A DNA stretch of 25,025 bases from a virus (Duplodnaviria > Caudoviricetes): the IMG/VR virus record IMGVR_UViG_3300010362_000102, positions 1 through 25,025 of that record; one strand, given 5' to 3'. Shown piece by piece: positions 14,363 through 23,055 of this stretch (position 1 is the stretch's first letter; each line of letters begins with the position of its first letter). Below the pieces are notes generated by a model, which was not told where the DNA came from, did no database searches, and saw only the letters and a program-made list of their open reading frames with translations. The translations under genes were made by a program, and so were the position numbers.

Positions 14363-15484
14363 TCACAGCTCCTCCTCCCAGACGATGTGCACCTCCCCGC
14401 AGCGCAGGTTGGCGCCGATCGACACCACCTGGGAGTAGTCCTCGGGGAAGGCATCCGCCTTGATCGGGTCCTTCCAGTCCAGGCCCATCCCCTTGACCTG
14501 GGTGTTCAGGTTGTCCTTGAACTTCTGCGGCAGCTCGAACCACTTGGCCTGGCCCTTGGCCAGGGTGCCCAGCTTGGTGATCTCGTGCCGCTCCACCGCA
14601 CTCCCGACCGCCGGCAGCACGTTGGTCGAGGTGTACGGGGTCCAGAACAGGTAGATGTTCGCGTTCGCGGCCCCGGTGTCGTCCGCACGCCGGATCAGGA
14701 TCTGCGCGGACTTGATCCTGATCGCCTCGCCCTTGGTGGTCTGCGCCCCGATCGAGTCGGTGAACTGGTTGCCGTACATCCACAGCCCCTGGGACCTTGG
14801 CGACTTCTGCTGGACCAGGTCCCCGTTCACGTACCCGGTGGACCTCCAGGACCCGGACTGGTTGGGCTGGATCCGAGCCTCCTTGACGATCACGTTCGCC
14901 ATGTCCACCGAGGCCTTGGCGACGTGGATCGAGGCCTGGTTGGCGGTGCTCCAGTTACCGTTCGCGTCCAGGCTCCAGGCCCCGAAGTAGTAGGTGGTGT
15001 CGCCCTTGATGATGGTCCCGGCAGCAGCGTTCACCGGCCACTGCTTGTAGGTGTAGTTCGAGGTGTCGTTGTGGTTGCCGTACTGGTTGTACCGCCACTC
15101 GCTCCACGGCTCCCCGGTCCAGTCCCGGTCCGGGGTCGAGGTGTAGGTGCCCCCGAACTGGGTGGTCGGCGGCTTCCCGGCGTAGGTGGTCAGCACCCGG
15201 GTCAGCCGGGCGTCCTTGTCGTTCGAGCTGCCCGGCAGCCTGGTGCCGACCCGGAGGTACCTGGTCTTCAGCGTCTTCACGCCCTTGATCGTGTCGAAGT
15301 CCTCGACCACGTTCAGGGTCACCTCGGGCGGGTTCGGCGGGATCACGTCGTACTCGTAGGCCGGGGTCCACACCCCGGCCCGTCGCACGTAGGCGTCGGT
15401 GGCCGACACCCAGACCCCGTTCTGCTTGACGTAGACGTGGCTGGCCTGCACCCAGACGCCGTCGATGTTCTGATAGAGCGCCAC
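14363..15484 (-). CDS. Minor tail/virion structural protein (373 aa)
   Basis: N-terminal YVKxxGVW-type repeats, a D-x-x-PP-x-PP linker, an FN3-like YYFGAWSLDANGNWS, and a C-terminal domain like those of actinophage minor tail proteins. Confidence 0.7.
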   Translation of the reverse strand: MALYQNIDGVWVQASHVYVKQNGVWVSATDAYVRRAGVWTPAYEYDVIPPNPPEVTLNVVEDFDTIKGVKTLKTRYLRVGTRLPGSSNDKDARLTRVLTTYAGKPPTTQFGGTYTSTPDRDWTGEPWSEWRYNQYGNHNDTSNYTYKQWPVNAAAGTIIKGDTTYYFGAWSLDANGNWSTANQASIHVAKASVDMANVIVKEARIQPNQSGSWRSTGYVNGDLVQQKSPRSQGLWMYGNQFTDSIGAQTTKGEAIRIKSAQILIRRADDTGAANANIYLFWTPYTSTNVLPAVGSAVERHEITKLGTLAKGQAKWFELPQKFKDNLNTQVKGMGLDWKDPIKADAFPEDYSQVVSIGANLRCGEVHIVWEEEL

Positions 15485-15495
15485 GACTCACACCT

Positions 15496-15939
15496 TCAGT
15501 TCCCACGAGTGCGACGACACTCTCGGCAGCGACGGTACTGATGTCCGTTCGCGCGAGTCGTCCAGATGGTGTTCTCGGGCGTGAACTCGTGATTGTGCTT
15601 GCAATGCGTTCGCTCGGCCCAGTACGAGCGCCTCCTGACCATCATGTCCGCAGTGTTGTCCGCTGGAGTACCGAGTCGCAGATGAGCAGGATTGCAGCAC
15701 GGACGGTTGTCGCACGAGTGCAGCAGCCAAGCTCCGGCTGGGATGGAATCCTCGCCGTAGGTGTGCAGCCAAGCAGCTCGCACGGCCGTCGTCATCTTGC
15801 CGTGGAATGTGGTGGTTCCGTACCCATGGGTGCTGGGAGGCCCGGTCCACAGCCAGCAGGCATCCGGTCCGCCGCTCTGGTCTACCCGATCCCAGAACTT
15901 CTTGCCCCAAGCGCCCTTGCGCCCGTTCTTGTTCGTCAC
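15496..15939 (-). CDS. Free-standing HNH homing endonuclease (147 aa)
   Basis: FWDRVD...ACWLWTG...GYG...[23 protein letters not shown] plus [14 protein letters not shown]...RRCREC. Codon usage is more AT-rich than in neighbouring genes. Confidence 0.9.
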   Translation of the reverse strand: MTNKNGRKGAWGKKFWDRVDQSGGPDACWLWTGPPSTHGYGTTTFHGKMTTAVRAAWLHTYGEDSIPAGAWLLHSCDNRPCCNPAHLRLGTPADNTADMMVRRRSYWAERTHCKHNHEFTPENTIWTTRANGHQYRRCRECRRTRGN

Positions 15940-15945
15940 ATGGCG

Positions 15946-15954
15946 ACATTAGCA
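15946..15954 (-). promoter_or_regulatory. Putative extended -10 promoter TGcTAATGT, 6 nt before the HNH GTG
   Basis: Minus strand: ggaaa TG c TAATGT cgccat GTG(15939). No Shine-Dalgarno. Confidence 0.55.
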
Positions 15955-15962
15955 TTTCCAAC

Positions 15963-16283
15963 TTAGATCTTGAAGTAAACATCGCCGTCCGCGCCGCCGG
16001 AGGGGTTCGCGGTCCCCGAGGTGATCGCCGGCTGGGCCGGTGGGAAGGCCACCCAGGCGGACCCGGTGTAGTACCACATCCGATCGCTGTCCTTGGTGAA
16101 GGCGAACATCCCCTCCTCCACCCCGGCCGCGGTGGCCTTGGTGTCCCGGTCGGCGGCGGTGGCGTAGACCCCCATCACCCGCTTCTCGATCATCTTGGCC
16201 AGCTGGGTGATGTCATCCACTACGTCCGGGTCGTCGCCCGCGATCGGCACCCGGAAGCCCTGGGCTGGAGTGTTACCTGGCAT
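15963..16283 (-). CDS. Small virion/tail-associated protein (106 aa)
   Basis: Strong RBS GAGGAGG. Motifs YATAADRD...EGMFAFTKD...YYTGSAW and ITSGTANPSGGADGDVYFK are common in tail-fibre-associated proteins. Confidence 0.75.
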   Translation of the reverse strand: MPGNTPAQGFRVPIAGDDPDVVDDITQLAKMIEKRVMGVYATAADRDTKATAAGVEEGMFAFTKDSDRMWYYTGSAWVAFPPAQPAITSGTANPSGGADGDVYFKI

Positions 16284-16301
16284 GGCTGCCTCCTCAGCAG
16301 A

Positions 16302-16320
16302 ATCGTCTCATCCCCGGCTA
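16302..16320 (-). promoter_or_regulatory. Promoter-like motif TAGC-N9-GACGAT followed by a short leader with RBS
   Basis: TAGC cggggatga GACGAT tctgct GAGGAGG cagcc ATG. Confidence 0.5.
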
Positions 16321-16974
16321 CGCAGCAGGATCCGCCTTGATGATCCAGTTCACCGCTCGGTACGGATTCAGCACGCTGAACGCGGTCGTCGAGGCTCCAG
16401 GGCCACTGGCGGTGGAACCGTTCACATCGTGGGTGTGTGTGCTCCCGGTGGTGTTTGCAGAGGTCTTGGTGACCACGGTGCCGGTGGTGCCACCGGCGGC
16501 CATGATGTTCGCCTGCGGACCACCACCAGAGGCATTCTCCCGCCATCCGGCCTCGTGGGTGTGCGCGCTGTTGGTGGTGGTGGTGCCCAGAGTTCCGGCA
16601 CCATGGGTGTGCGGCACCATGTTGTCCGAGGTCAGGGTCACGCTCGCCACTCCACCATTGGACCCGAGCGCCTTGGTCCCGGACGCGCCGATCGGGAACA
16701 GATCGGTCAGGTTCGGGGTGTTCGGGCCGACCAGCGCGATCAGCGCGGTGTACTGGGCCGGGATCGCGGAGCCGTCGCAGAGCAGCCAGCCGGTCGGTGG
16801 AGTGGCGGTGAACCAGATCGCCCCGGCGCCCACCGGCAGCCCGGAGCCCCCGCCACCGCCACCACTGGCATCCACATACGCCTTGGTGGCCGCGTCCTGG
16901 GGATTGACCGGGCTCTTGACGTTCTGGATCGCCAGTCCGGCCATATCCAAGGTGGACCCGATCGTCTTGCTCAC
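16318..16974 (-). CDS. Tail fibre protein with phage tail-collar domain (218 aa)
   Basis: LPVGAGAIWFTATPPTGWLLCDGSAI...Y.AL.AL...PNL...FPIGA (collar), HTH-x metal-binding repeats (PHTH, AHTH, THTH), and the terminal NPYRAVNWIIKA. Confidence 0.88.
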   Translation of the reverse strand: MSKTIGSTLDMAGLAIQNVKSPVNPQDAATKAYVDASGGGGGGSGLPVGAGAIWFTATPPTGWLLCDGSAIPAQYTALIALVGPNTPNLTDLFPIGASGTKALGSNGGVASVTLTSDNMVPHTHGAGTLGTTTTNSAHTHEAGWRENASGGGPQANIMAAGGTTGTVVTKTSANTTGSTHTHDVNGSTASGPGASTTAFSVLNPYRAVNWIIKADPAA

Positions 16975-16999
16975 CGGCTCGTCCTACTCCGCGCGTCCG

Positions 17000-18199
17000 T
17001 CATCCCATCACCACCACACGCATCGAGTTTGCCGAATAGGCCACGTCCGGGGTGACCGCGATGGTGTAGGCGTCCACCACCCGCCAGTCCAGCACCATGT
17101 CCGCGTTGGTGCTGACCAGCCGGAACGCGGCGATCACGTCCGTGGTGTTCAGGTTGTGCACGATGTTCAGGGCGACCCCGGCGGACAACGCACCCAGCAC
17201 GGCCGTGTACTTCCTCACCGTGCCCGCAGCCGAGGCCAGCGCATACCGACCGTCGGCATAGGCGGTGTCCAGAGCCACCGTGTCCGCAGCCACCGTGATC
17301 CCGGTGCCCTGCCCCACGTCCAGGGTGTTCCCGGTCTTGGTCAGACCGGCCCCGGCGGTGATCTGCCCGGCCCCGGAGAACTGCACCCAGGTGACCGCAG
17401 TGGTGCCCAGGGTGCCGCCCTGGTCCGAGGTGCACACCCACCCGGTGTCCGCCTGGGTGGTGCCCTGCTCCACGAACACGAACGCACCGGGTACCTCGGT
17501 CCAGGCGTCCATGTCGCTGGTCCGGTACAAGTGACTGTCCCCGGCGGCGACGGAGTAGACGCCGTTCTGAGCCGGAGCGGTCTGGTTCTTCAGCAGCACC
17601 CGGTCACCGATGACCGGGGTGATCCCGTCGAACGTCCCTGCCGCGTTGATGAGCGGGAAGTCGGTAGTCGAGGCGCACTTCACCGACTGCTTGGCGTCCA
17701 GCCCCTGGGCAGCCGTGTCCACATAGCTCTTGGTGGCCGCGTCGGTGGGGCCCGTCGGATCGGCCAGGTTGATGATCCGGTTCCCACCGAAGTCACAGTT
17801 CCCGTTCGGCGCGGTGTTACTCAACAGGGTGTTCAGCCGAGTGTTCCCGGCGAGTGCCTGCTGGCTGGTGAACCCGAGGGTGCGCAACGAGGGGGTGCCT
17901 ACCGCGCCGTCCTTGTTCGCGGCGGCCACGTCGGCGTCCACGATCACCCCGGTGGCGATCTGTGGGTTCGGATAGCTGCCGCTCAGGTCCCCGCCCGCCG
18001 GACCGCCAGCCGCCGCGGTGGAGTAGATGTCCACCCAGGAGCCGTTCTCATAGACCTTTGCCTTGTTGTTGGTGGTGTCGTACCAGAGCTGGCCGTTGGT
18101 CGGGGACGACGGCGGATTGCCGGACGCCGCGGTCTGCATCACCAGGTTCAGCACCGGGATCTTCTGCAGATCCAGCTGGGAACCGAACTGCTTCGCCAT
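17000..18199 (-). CDS. Virion structural/fibre-associated protein (399 aa)
   Basis: GQLWYDT, GGDLSGSYPNP, DAATKSYVD, GDRVLLKNQT..AQNGVY, WVQFSGAG.ITAGAGLTKTGNTL and HNLNT motifs, typical of a widespread phage structural family. Confidence 0.8.
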   Translation of the reverse strand: MAKQFGSQLDLQKIPVLNLVMQTAASGNPPSSPTNGQLWYDTTNNKAKVYENGSWVDIYSTAAAGGPAGGDLSGSYPNPQIATGVIVDADVAAANKDGAVGTPSLRTLGFTSQQALAGNTRLNTLLSNTAPNGNCDFGGNRIINLADPTGPTDAATKSYVDTAAQGLDAKQSVKCASTTDFPLINAAGTFDGITPVIGDRVLLKNQTAPAQNGVYSVAAGDSHLYRTSDMDAWTEVPGAFVFVEQGTTQADTGWVCTSDQGGTLGTTAVTWVQFSGAGQITAGAGLTKTGNTLDVGQGTGITVAADTVALDTAYADGRYALASAAGTVRKYTAVLGALSAGVALNIVHNLNTTDVIAAFRLVSTNADMVLDWRVVDAYTIAVTPDVAYSANSMRVVVMG

Positions 18200-18208
18200 C
18201 TCGTCCTC

Positions 18209-20725
18209 CTAGCCGAGCAGCCGGGCGATCCCGGCCATCGGGTTGAACCAGCTGATGACCACCTGGGTGTCGGTGGGATAGCTCACCTCCGGGTCGTAGC
18301 AGATCACCCTGGCCTCGTCCAGGGCGATCACCTCCGGGCGAGCCGTGAATCCGGTGTGGTTGATGATCCAGGAGCTACTCGGGGTGGCGAAGGTGAACTC
18401 CTGGTAGCCGGCCCCGGGACCAGGCGGACCCGGCGGGCCGACCACCGGATCAGTGGTGATCGCCATCGCCGCCATCTGCACCCGGTCACCGGTCACCGTG
18501 GTCCCGGAGTTCTCCACCACCAGGTACCGGATGCAGGCATGCCCGGCCTCGGTGGAGCAGTTCTCGCGCATCGTCACCCGCAGCCAGTAGTAGCCCTGGT
18601 TGGCCTGGTCCCGGACCAGGATCTGCTGGCCCTCGTAGACCTCAAAGAACCCGCAGTTCAGGCCCACCGCGTCCACCTGGTTGACGCTCAGCCGGCCCTC
18701 CTCGCCCTCGGCCGGGATCTCCGCCCCGCTGATCAGCCCGACGGTGGTCTCATGCTGGACCACCGTCTCGTCCCAGTCGTACATGCCCGGGTAGGTGGTC
18801 GCCCCGGCCATCCCGTCCGCACCGTCGACCCCATCGGCTCCTGCCGGCCCCGTCAGGCCCTGGATGCCCATCTCGCCCTGCGGACCCATCAGACCCTCGG
18901 CTCCCGGTGGCCCGGCGTCCCCCTTGTGGCCCTCGATCTTGGCCGCCTCCAGCGCGGTCTGATTGACCCCGGGCTGGACGTTCGAGTCGCCGGTGCCGGT
19001 CTGCGCGCAGGACAGGGTGATCACCTGACCGGCGGTGAATCGCATGGTGATCGCCACCACCAGGATCGCGGCCACGCTGCTGCTCGGGAAGCTACGAGTC
19101 TGCCGATAGCTGGTCCCATCCACCTGGAGGATGCACTGCCGATGCCCAGAGGCCCCGGCCGCACCCATGTTGATGTAGCCGACCACCGAGTAGGTGCCGT
19201 CCTCGGGGATCACCAGCGCGTTGCTGGCGATGTCCGCGAACGACGACGGCTCCGCGTAGTCGGCGGTCTGGAAGGTGATCGGAGTGTTGGTGCCGCTGTT
19301 CGGCACCGCCTGCACGGTGGACTTGTAGATCCGGGCCCGGGTCTCGGTGATCTGCCCGGAGGTGCTGTTCGCCTCCAGTCGCCCGGTGTTCAGGTCCAGG
19401 TACACCGGGTACTTCGGCGGCGCGGTGCTGAACACCGGGAAGGTGGCAGTGGCCGAGTACGGCGAGACCAGGGACGGGTCGGCACCCCAGGTGCGCACCT
19501 GCCACTCCACCGAGTCCCCGTAGGTATAGCTGCCCGCGGGCAACGAGTACGTCGAGTTCGGGGAGGTCACCGCGGTGATCACCGTCCAGGTGCCGACCCC
19601 CACCTTCCGGTGCTGGACCTGGTACTTGGTCTGCGCGGTCTCGTCGGTGGGATTGTGCGTCCAGTTCAGCTGGATCGGCTCGGCCGGGTCCTGCTCGTTC
19701 GACCCGGCACCCGGGGTCAGACCGGTCGGCGCGCTGGGTGCGCTGGTGGTGCCCGCGGTCTCCGCGGTCTCCTTGGAGAAGGCCGAGAAGAGCTGGGTCT
19801 CCGCCGCGGTGGTCCGACTGCGGAGCCGGTACTTGTTCCGGACCGACATGTCCGGGGCGACGTGGGTGTAGGTCTGGGCGGTGTTCGGCACCACCGCCAG
19901 CGGGGTCGGGTCCCAGACCCCGTTCGTGCAGTGCCACACCTCGGTCTCGTACTCGTCGTAGGCGGTGGACCTCAACCAGGTCAGCGACAGGTCCGGACCC
20001 CCGGAGACGAGCATCGCCGGCTGGGCCGGGGCCGCCGGAGTGTTGTAGACCTCCTCGGAGGTGACGAAGCCCGAGCTGCCCACGCTGTTGGTGGCCCGGA
20101 CCCGATAGCTGTACTTGTGCGCGGCCACCGTGTTGGCATCGGTGAACGAGATCGCGGTGCCGCCGGTGGTACCGATGGTGACCCAGGTGTTCGGGGTCAC
20201 CCCGGAGGGCACTCCGGCCAGTCGCTGCACCGTGTTCTGGGTGATCGGCTCCCCGTTGGTCGGATGGTTGATCCAGGAGACCTTGGCCGAGGCGTCGCTG
20301 ATCCGGGCCCCGGACACCGCGGTCGGCGCCGCCGGGATGTCGTAGGGCCGGGCCGGGATCCGATTGCTGATCGCCACCGACGGGGTGATCCCGCGCTGCA
20401 CCCCGCTCAGCACCGCCGAGAAGGTCCGGGTCTTCCCGGTGTCCCCGTAGTCGGTGCCGACATAGGTGTAGTCGTAGTTGAAGGCGTCCCGCTTGATCGG
20501 CTGGTTGCCCTGCATGTTGTCGTAGGTCTTGGTCCCGGTCAGCGCGCCGCCGTAGGTCAGCTTCTGGTTCAGGTCGTTGTACAGGTGCTGGTTCTCGGTC
20601 CAGACATCGATGTGGCAGCGGGCATAGGTCGAGTCGTGGGTGACCGGGTCCCAGTCCAGCTCGAAGCCGACCCGCATCCCGTTCTCGTCCAGGTAGTACT
20701 CCCACGCTCCCCAGAGGATCGCCAA
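18209..20725 (-). CDS. Minor tail protein with FN3-like repeats, a C1q-like domain and collagen G-X-Y tracts (838 aa)
   Basis: PAAPT...VSW...YSYRVRATNSVGSS (FN3), LVIPEDGTYSV (C1q-like), GHKGDAGPPGAEGLMGPQGEMGIQG (collagen). TTG start directly after the HNH stop. Confidence 0.8.
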   Translation of the reverse strand: MAILWGAWEYYLDENGMRVGFELDWDPVTHDSTYARCHIDVWTENQHLYNDLNQKLTYGGALTGTKTYDNMQGNQPIKRDAFNYDYTYVGTDYGDTGKTRTFSAVLSGVQRGITPSVAISNRIPARPYDIPAAPTAVSGARISDASAKVSWINHPTNGEPITQNTVQRLAGVPSGVTPNTWVTIGTTGGTAISFTDANTVAAHKYSYRVRATNSVGSSGFVTSEEVYNTPAAPAQPAMLVSGGPDLSLTWLRSTAYDEYETEVWHCTNGVWDPTPLAVVPNTAQTYTHVAPDMSVRNKYRLRSRTTAAETQLFSAFSKETAETAGTTSAPSAPTGLTPGAGSNEQDPAEPIQLNWTHNPTDETAQTKYQVQHRKVGVGTWTVITAVTSPNSTYSLPAGSYTYGDSVEWQVRTWGADPSLVSPYSATATFPVFSTAPPKYPVYLDLNTGRLEANSTSGQITETRARIYKSTVQAVPNSGTNTPITFQTADYAEPSSFADIASNALVIPEDGTYSVVGYINMGAAGASGHRQCILQVDGTSYRQTRSFPSSSVAAILVVAITMRFTAGQVITLSCAQTGTGDSNVQPGVNQTALEAAKIEGHKGDAGPPGAEGLMGPQGEMGIQGLTGPAGADGVDGADGMAGATTYPGMYDWDETVVQHETTVGLISGAEIPAEGEEGRLSVNQVDAVGLNCGFFEVYEGQQILVRDQANQGYYWLRVTMRENCSTEAGHACIRYLVVENSGTTVTGDRVQMAAMAITTDPVVGPPGPPGPGAGYQEFTFATPSSSWIINHTGFTARPEVIALDEARVICYDPEVSYPTDTQVVISWFNPMAGIARLLG

Positions 20726-21133
20726 CTAGACCACCCTCTGCCGCGCTTTGCGCGCCCTGATCCGAGCATTACGGCAGATACGACATCGCCGTCCGCCGTA
20801 TGGCTCGATGATGAGGTTGTGACCTTCGTACGGATGATTCTGTGGACAGTGCGTCTTGTTCTTGTTCGAGGCTGGCGTCAGCGCCAGATGCTGCGCCCTA
20901 GTGACTGGTTGCAAGTGATCCGGATTGCAACATGCTGGAAACTCGCAACGGTGATGTAGTTCCTTATCCGGAGGCACCGCACCTTTCGCATCGACGTAGG
21001 ACAGGATGTGCGAGTACTCACTCTTGCCCTTGATGCGAAAACGTCCGTACCCCTTGGACTTGTATGCAGTCCACTCCCAGCAACCATCCGCACGCTTGTT
21101 TACCTTGGCCCAGAACCGTTCGGGTAGTGTCAT
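20726..21133 (-). CDS. Free-standing HNH homing endonuclease (135 aa from ATG 21133; the track start at 21154 is also in frame)
   Basis: ERFWAKV...GCWEWT...GYGRF...ELHHRCEFPACCNPDHLQPVT plus KTHCPQNHPY...RRCRIC. Visibly lower GC than the flanks. Confidence 0.9.
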   Translation of the reverse strand: MTLPERFWAKVNKRADGCWEWTAYKSKGYGRFRIKGKSEYSHILSYVDAKGAVPPDKELHHRCEFPACCNPDHLQPVTRAQHLALTPASNKNKTHCPQNHPYEGHNLIIEPYGGRRCRICRNARIRARKARQRVV

Positions 21134-21140
21134 GCACCCC

Positions 21141-21146
21141 ATAATA
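21141..21146 (-). promoter_or_regulatory. Putative -10 element TATTAT, 7 nt before the HNH ATG
   Basis: Minus strand: caac TATTAT ggggtgc ATG(21133). Confidence 0.6.
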
Positions 21147-21153
21147 GTTGCCA

Positions 21154-23031
21154 TCAGGTGATCCTGACCGCGATCAGAGGCACGAAGTTCAGGATCCCGG
21201 GACCGGCCGCCCAGCCCAGCCGCTGCACCAGCGAGCCGATCGAGGTGGGCGGCTGCCCGGACACCTTGCCCGGGGTGCTGGACAGGAACACGGTGCCCGG
21301 CAGCAGGCCGGTCTGGTAGGCGTTGTAGCCAGTGAAGTAGACCTTGGCCTCGTCGTTCACCGCGTAGTCATGCATCACGTAGCCGTGGCCCTCGTACCGG
21401 GACGCGGCGTTCGCCCTGCGGGCCCGGAAGTAGCCGCCGCTGCTCCACACGTTGACGATGTCCCCGGCGCTCAACGGCTCCGAGGCGATCACCGCCTGCA
21501 CCGCGTCCTTGACCGGGGTCAGCGAGCCGTCGCTGATCCGCTCCCCACTCATCCAGTCCCGGGTGATCTTGGCCGCGGACATGTCGTCCTGGGTGTCATC
21601 GGTGAAGTACTTGCGCACCCAGTCGTTGTCCCTCAGCTCGAAGACCCGGGTGATCTTGTCCCCGTGCAGCCCGGAGGTGGAGGCGTTCGGAGCCCCGGTC
21701 GCGACCTCGTTCACCTCGTCCCACTCGCCCCAGTAGCCGTCGGTGGAGTCACCGTCGAAGTACCGGCCCAGGTCGTCGGTCCGCTCGATCAGCATCCCGT
21801 CCGCGCGCCACACGTCGCCGTGGTTCGGGTTCACCACCCGGGGGTAGAAGGACGCGGTGCCGACCGGTGCCAGTGCGCTCACCCAGGGCCGCCCCTGGTC
21901 CGTCCAGGTCGGGTCCAGCTGCAGCGGGCTACCGGCAGCGGTGCCGATCTCGGTGTCGGTGGCATCGCACCAGACGATCTCCAGGTACACCCCGGCCCCG
22001 GATCCGGTGACCAGGGAGCAGAACACGGACACCGTCCAGATGTTCCCCTCGGCCGCCGGCTGCCTCGGCTCCCAGACCAGCCAGTGCGCCCCGGAGCCGG
22101 AGTTGGCCAGCTCGGCCACCTTCAGCCCGTCGATCGCCGACGGTGCGGTGACCACGCTCAGGCTGGCCCCGACCGTGCCCCAGTCGGTGTCGTCGATCTC
22201 GAAGGACGGGTTGCTGCAGACGTTGGTCCGCTCCCGGGTCCGGGTGAACCAGATCGAGCCCTCGTTCCGGGACACCTGGTACTCCACCACGATCGGCTCG
22301 CCGGTGATCGGGTCGACCTCGTTCTTGTACACCGTGTAGGTCAGATCGTCCGGACCCGGCTCGTAGTCGCTCATCGAGACCCGGCCGTCCGCGGTGTCCG
22401 CGGCGTTCTGGGCCGAGTAGGCCACCGCGTTGGTGTTCTCCACCGCCAGGTTGGTGGCCGCGATCGCGTTCTGGTTGGCCGTGATGTCCGCCGCGTTCTG
22501 CGCGGTCTGCGCGTCCTGGATGTCCTCCCAGTCCAGGCCGTTCCAGCGATAGGTCCGGTTGCCCTCCTCGCCCCGGATCCACAGGTCCCCGACCATCAGC
22601 TCCGAGCCGGGCGGGATCACGTCCCCGATCGGGTTGCCGTTCTCGTCCACGTCGGTGCGGTAGGTGTGGATGCCGCCCACCGCGGCACTGGCCTCCCACT
22701 GCCCGGTGGTGGCGTCCCAGACGTAGAGCGCATAGTCGTGGCCGGTGTCGTACCAGACATCGCCGGTGTTGTACCCGGAGCCCGGCGGCATCGTCGACCC
22801 GACGTAGGTGGCCGACCCGGTACCGCCCCGGATCTCGATCCAAGCCCCGATCTCCTCGTCGTAGATGGACAGGGTGCCCAGGTCCTTGCGGTACACCAGC
22901 TGACCGGGCCAGGCCGCCTCCACCAGGTCCGGGGTGGGCGTGCCCGGGTCCACGTCGAAGATCTCGACGTAGGTGGACTCCACCGGAGTGCGCTGACCAA
23001 GCCTGGGGGACTGTGCCTGGTCGTACACCAT
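21154..23031 (-). CDS. Minor tail/virion protein with a carbohydrate-binding-module-like domain (625 aa)
   Basis: GDVWYDT and GDLWI repeats, a short coiled coil, TNVCSNPSFE (CBM-like start), YFDGD, and a C-terminal ASEPLSAGDIVNV domain. Confidence 0.75.
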   Translation of the reverse strand: MVYDQAQSPRLGQRTPVESTYVEIFDVDPGTPTPDLVEAAWPGQLVYRKDLGTLSIYDEEIGAWIEIRGGTGSATYVGSTMPPGSGYNTGDVWYDTGHDYALYVWDATTGQWEASAAVGGIHTYRTDVDENGNPIGDVIPPGSELMVGDLWIRGEEGNRTYRWNGLDWEDIQDAQTAQNAADITANQNAIAATNLAVENTNAVAYSAQNAADTADGRVSMSDYEPGPDDLTYTVYKNEVDPITGEPIVVEYQVSRNEGSIWFTRTRERTNVCSNPSFEIDDTDWGTVGASLSVVTAPSAIDGLKVAELANSGSGAHWLVWEPRQPAAEGNIWTVSVFCSLVTGSGAGVYLEIVWCDATDTEIGTAAGSPLQLDPTWTDQGRPWVSALAPVGTASFYPRVVNPNHGDVWRADGMLIERTDDLGRYFDGDSTDGYWGEWDEVNEVATGAPNASTSGLHGDKITRVFELRDNDWVRKYFTDDTQDDMSAAKITRDWMSGERISDGSLTPVKDAVQAVIASEPLSAGDIVNVWSSGGYFRARRANAASRYEGHGYVMHDYAVNDEAKVYFTGYNAYQTGLLPGTVFLSSTPGKVSGQPPTSIGSLVQRLGWAAGPGILNFVPLIAVRIT

Positions 23032-23037
23032 GAGCGA

Positions 23038-23055
23038 ATGCTAATGCTGGAGCTA
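23038..23055 (-). promoter_or_regulatory. Variant motif TAGC-N8-TAGCAT, 6 nt before the ATG (leaderless-type -10)
   Basis: TAGC tccagcat TAGCAT tcgctc ATG(23031). No Shine-Dalgarno. Confidence 0.5.

Noticed and set aside
15488-15982. 164-aa alternative minus-frame ORF over the free HNH; also considered a group I intron or frameshift read-through
   Set aside because: It has no protein motifs and is out of frame with the upstream gene. The HNH fills almost the whole insert, leaving no room for a ribozyme core.
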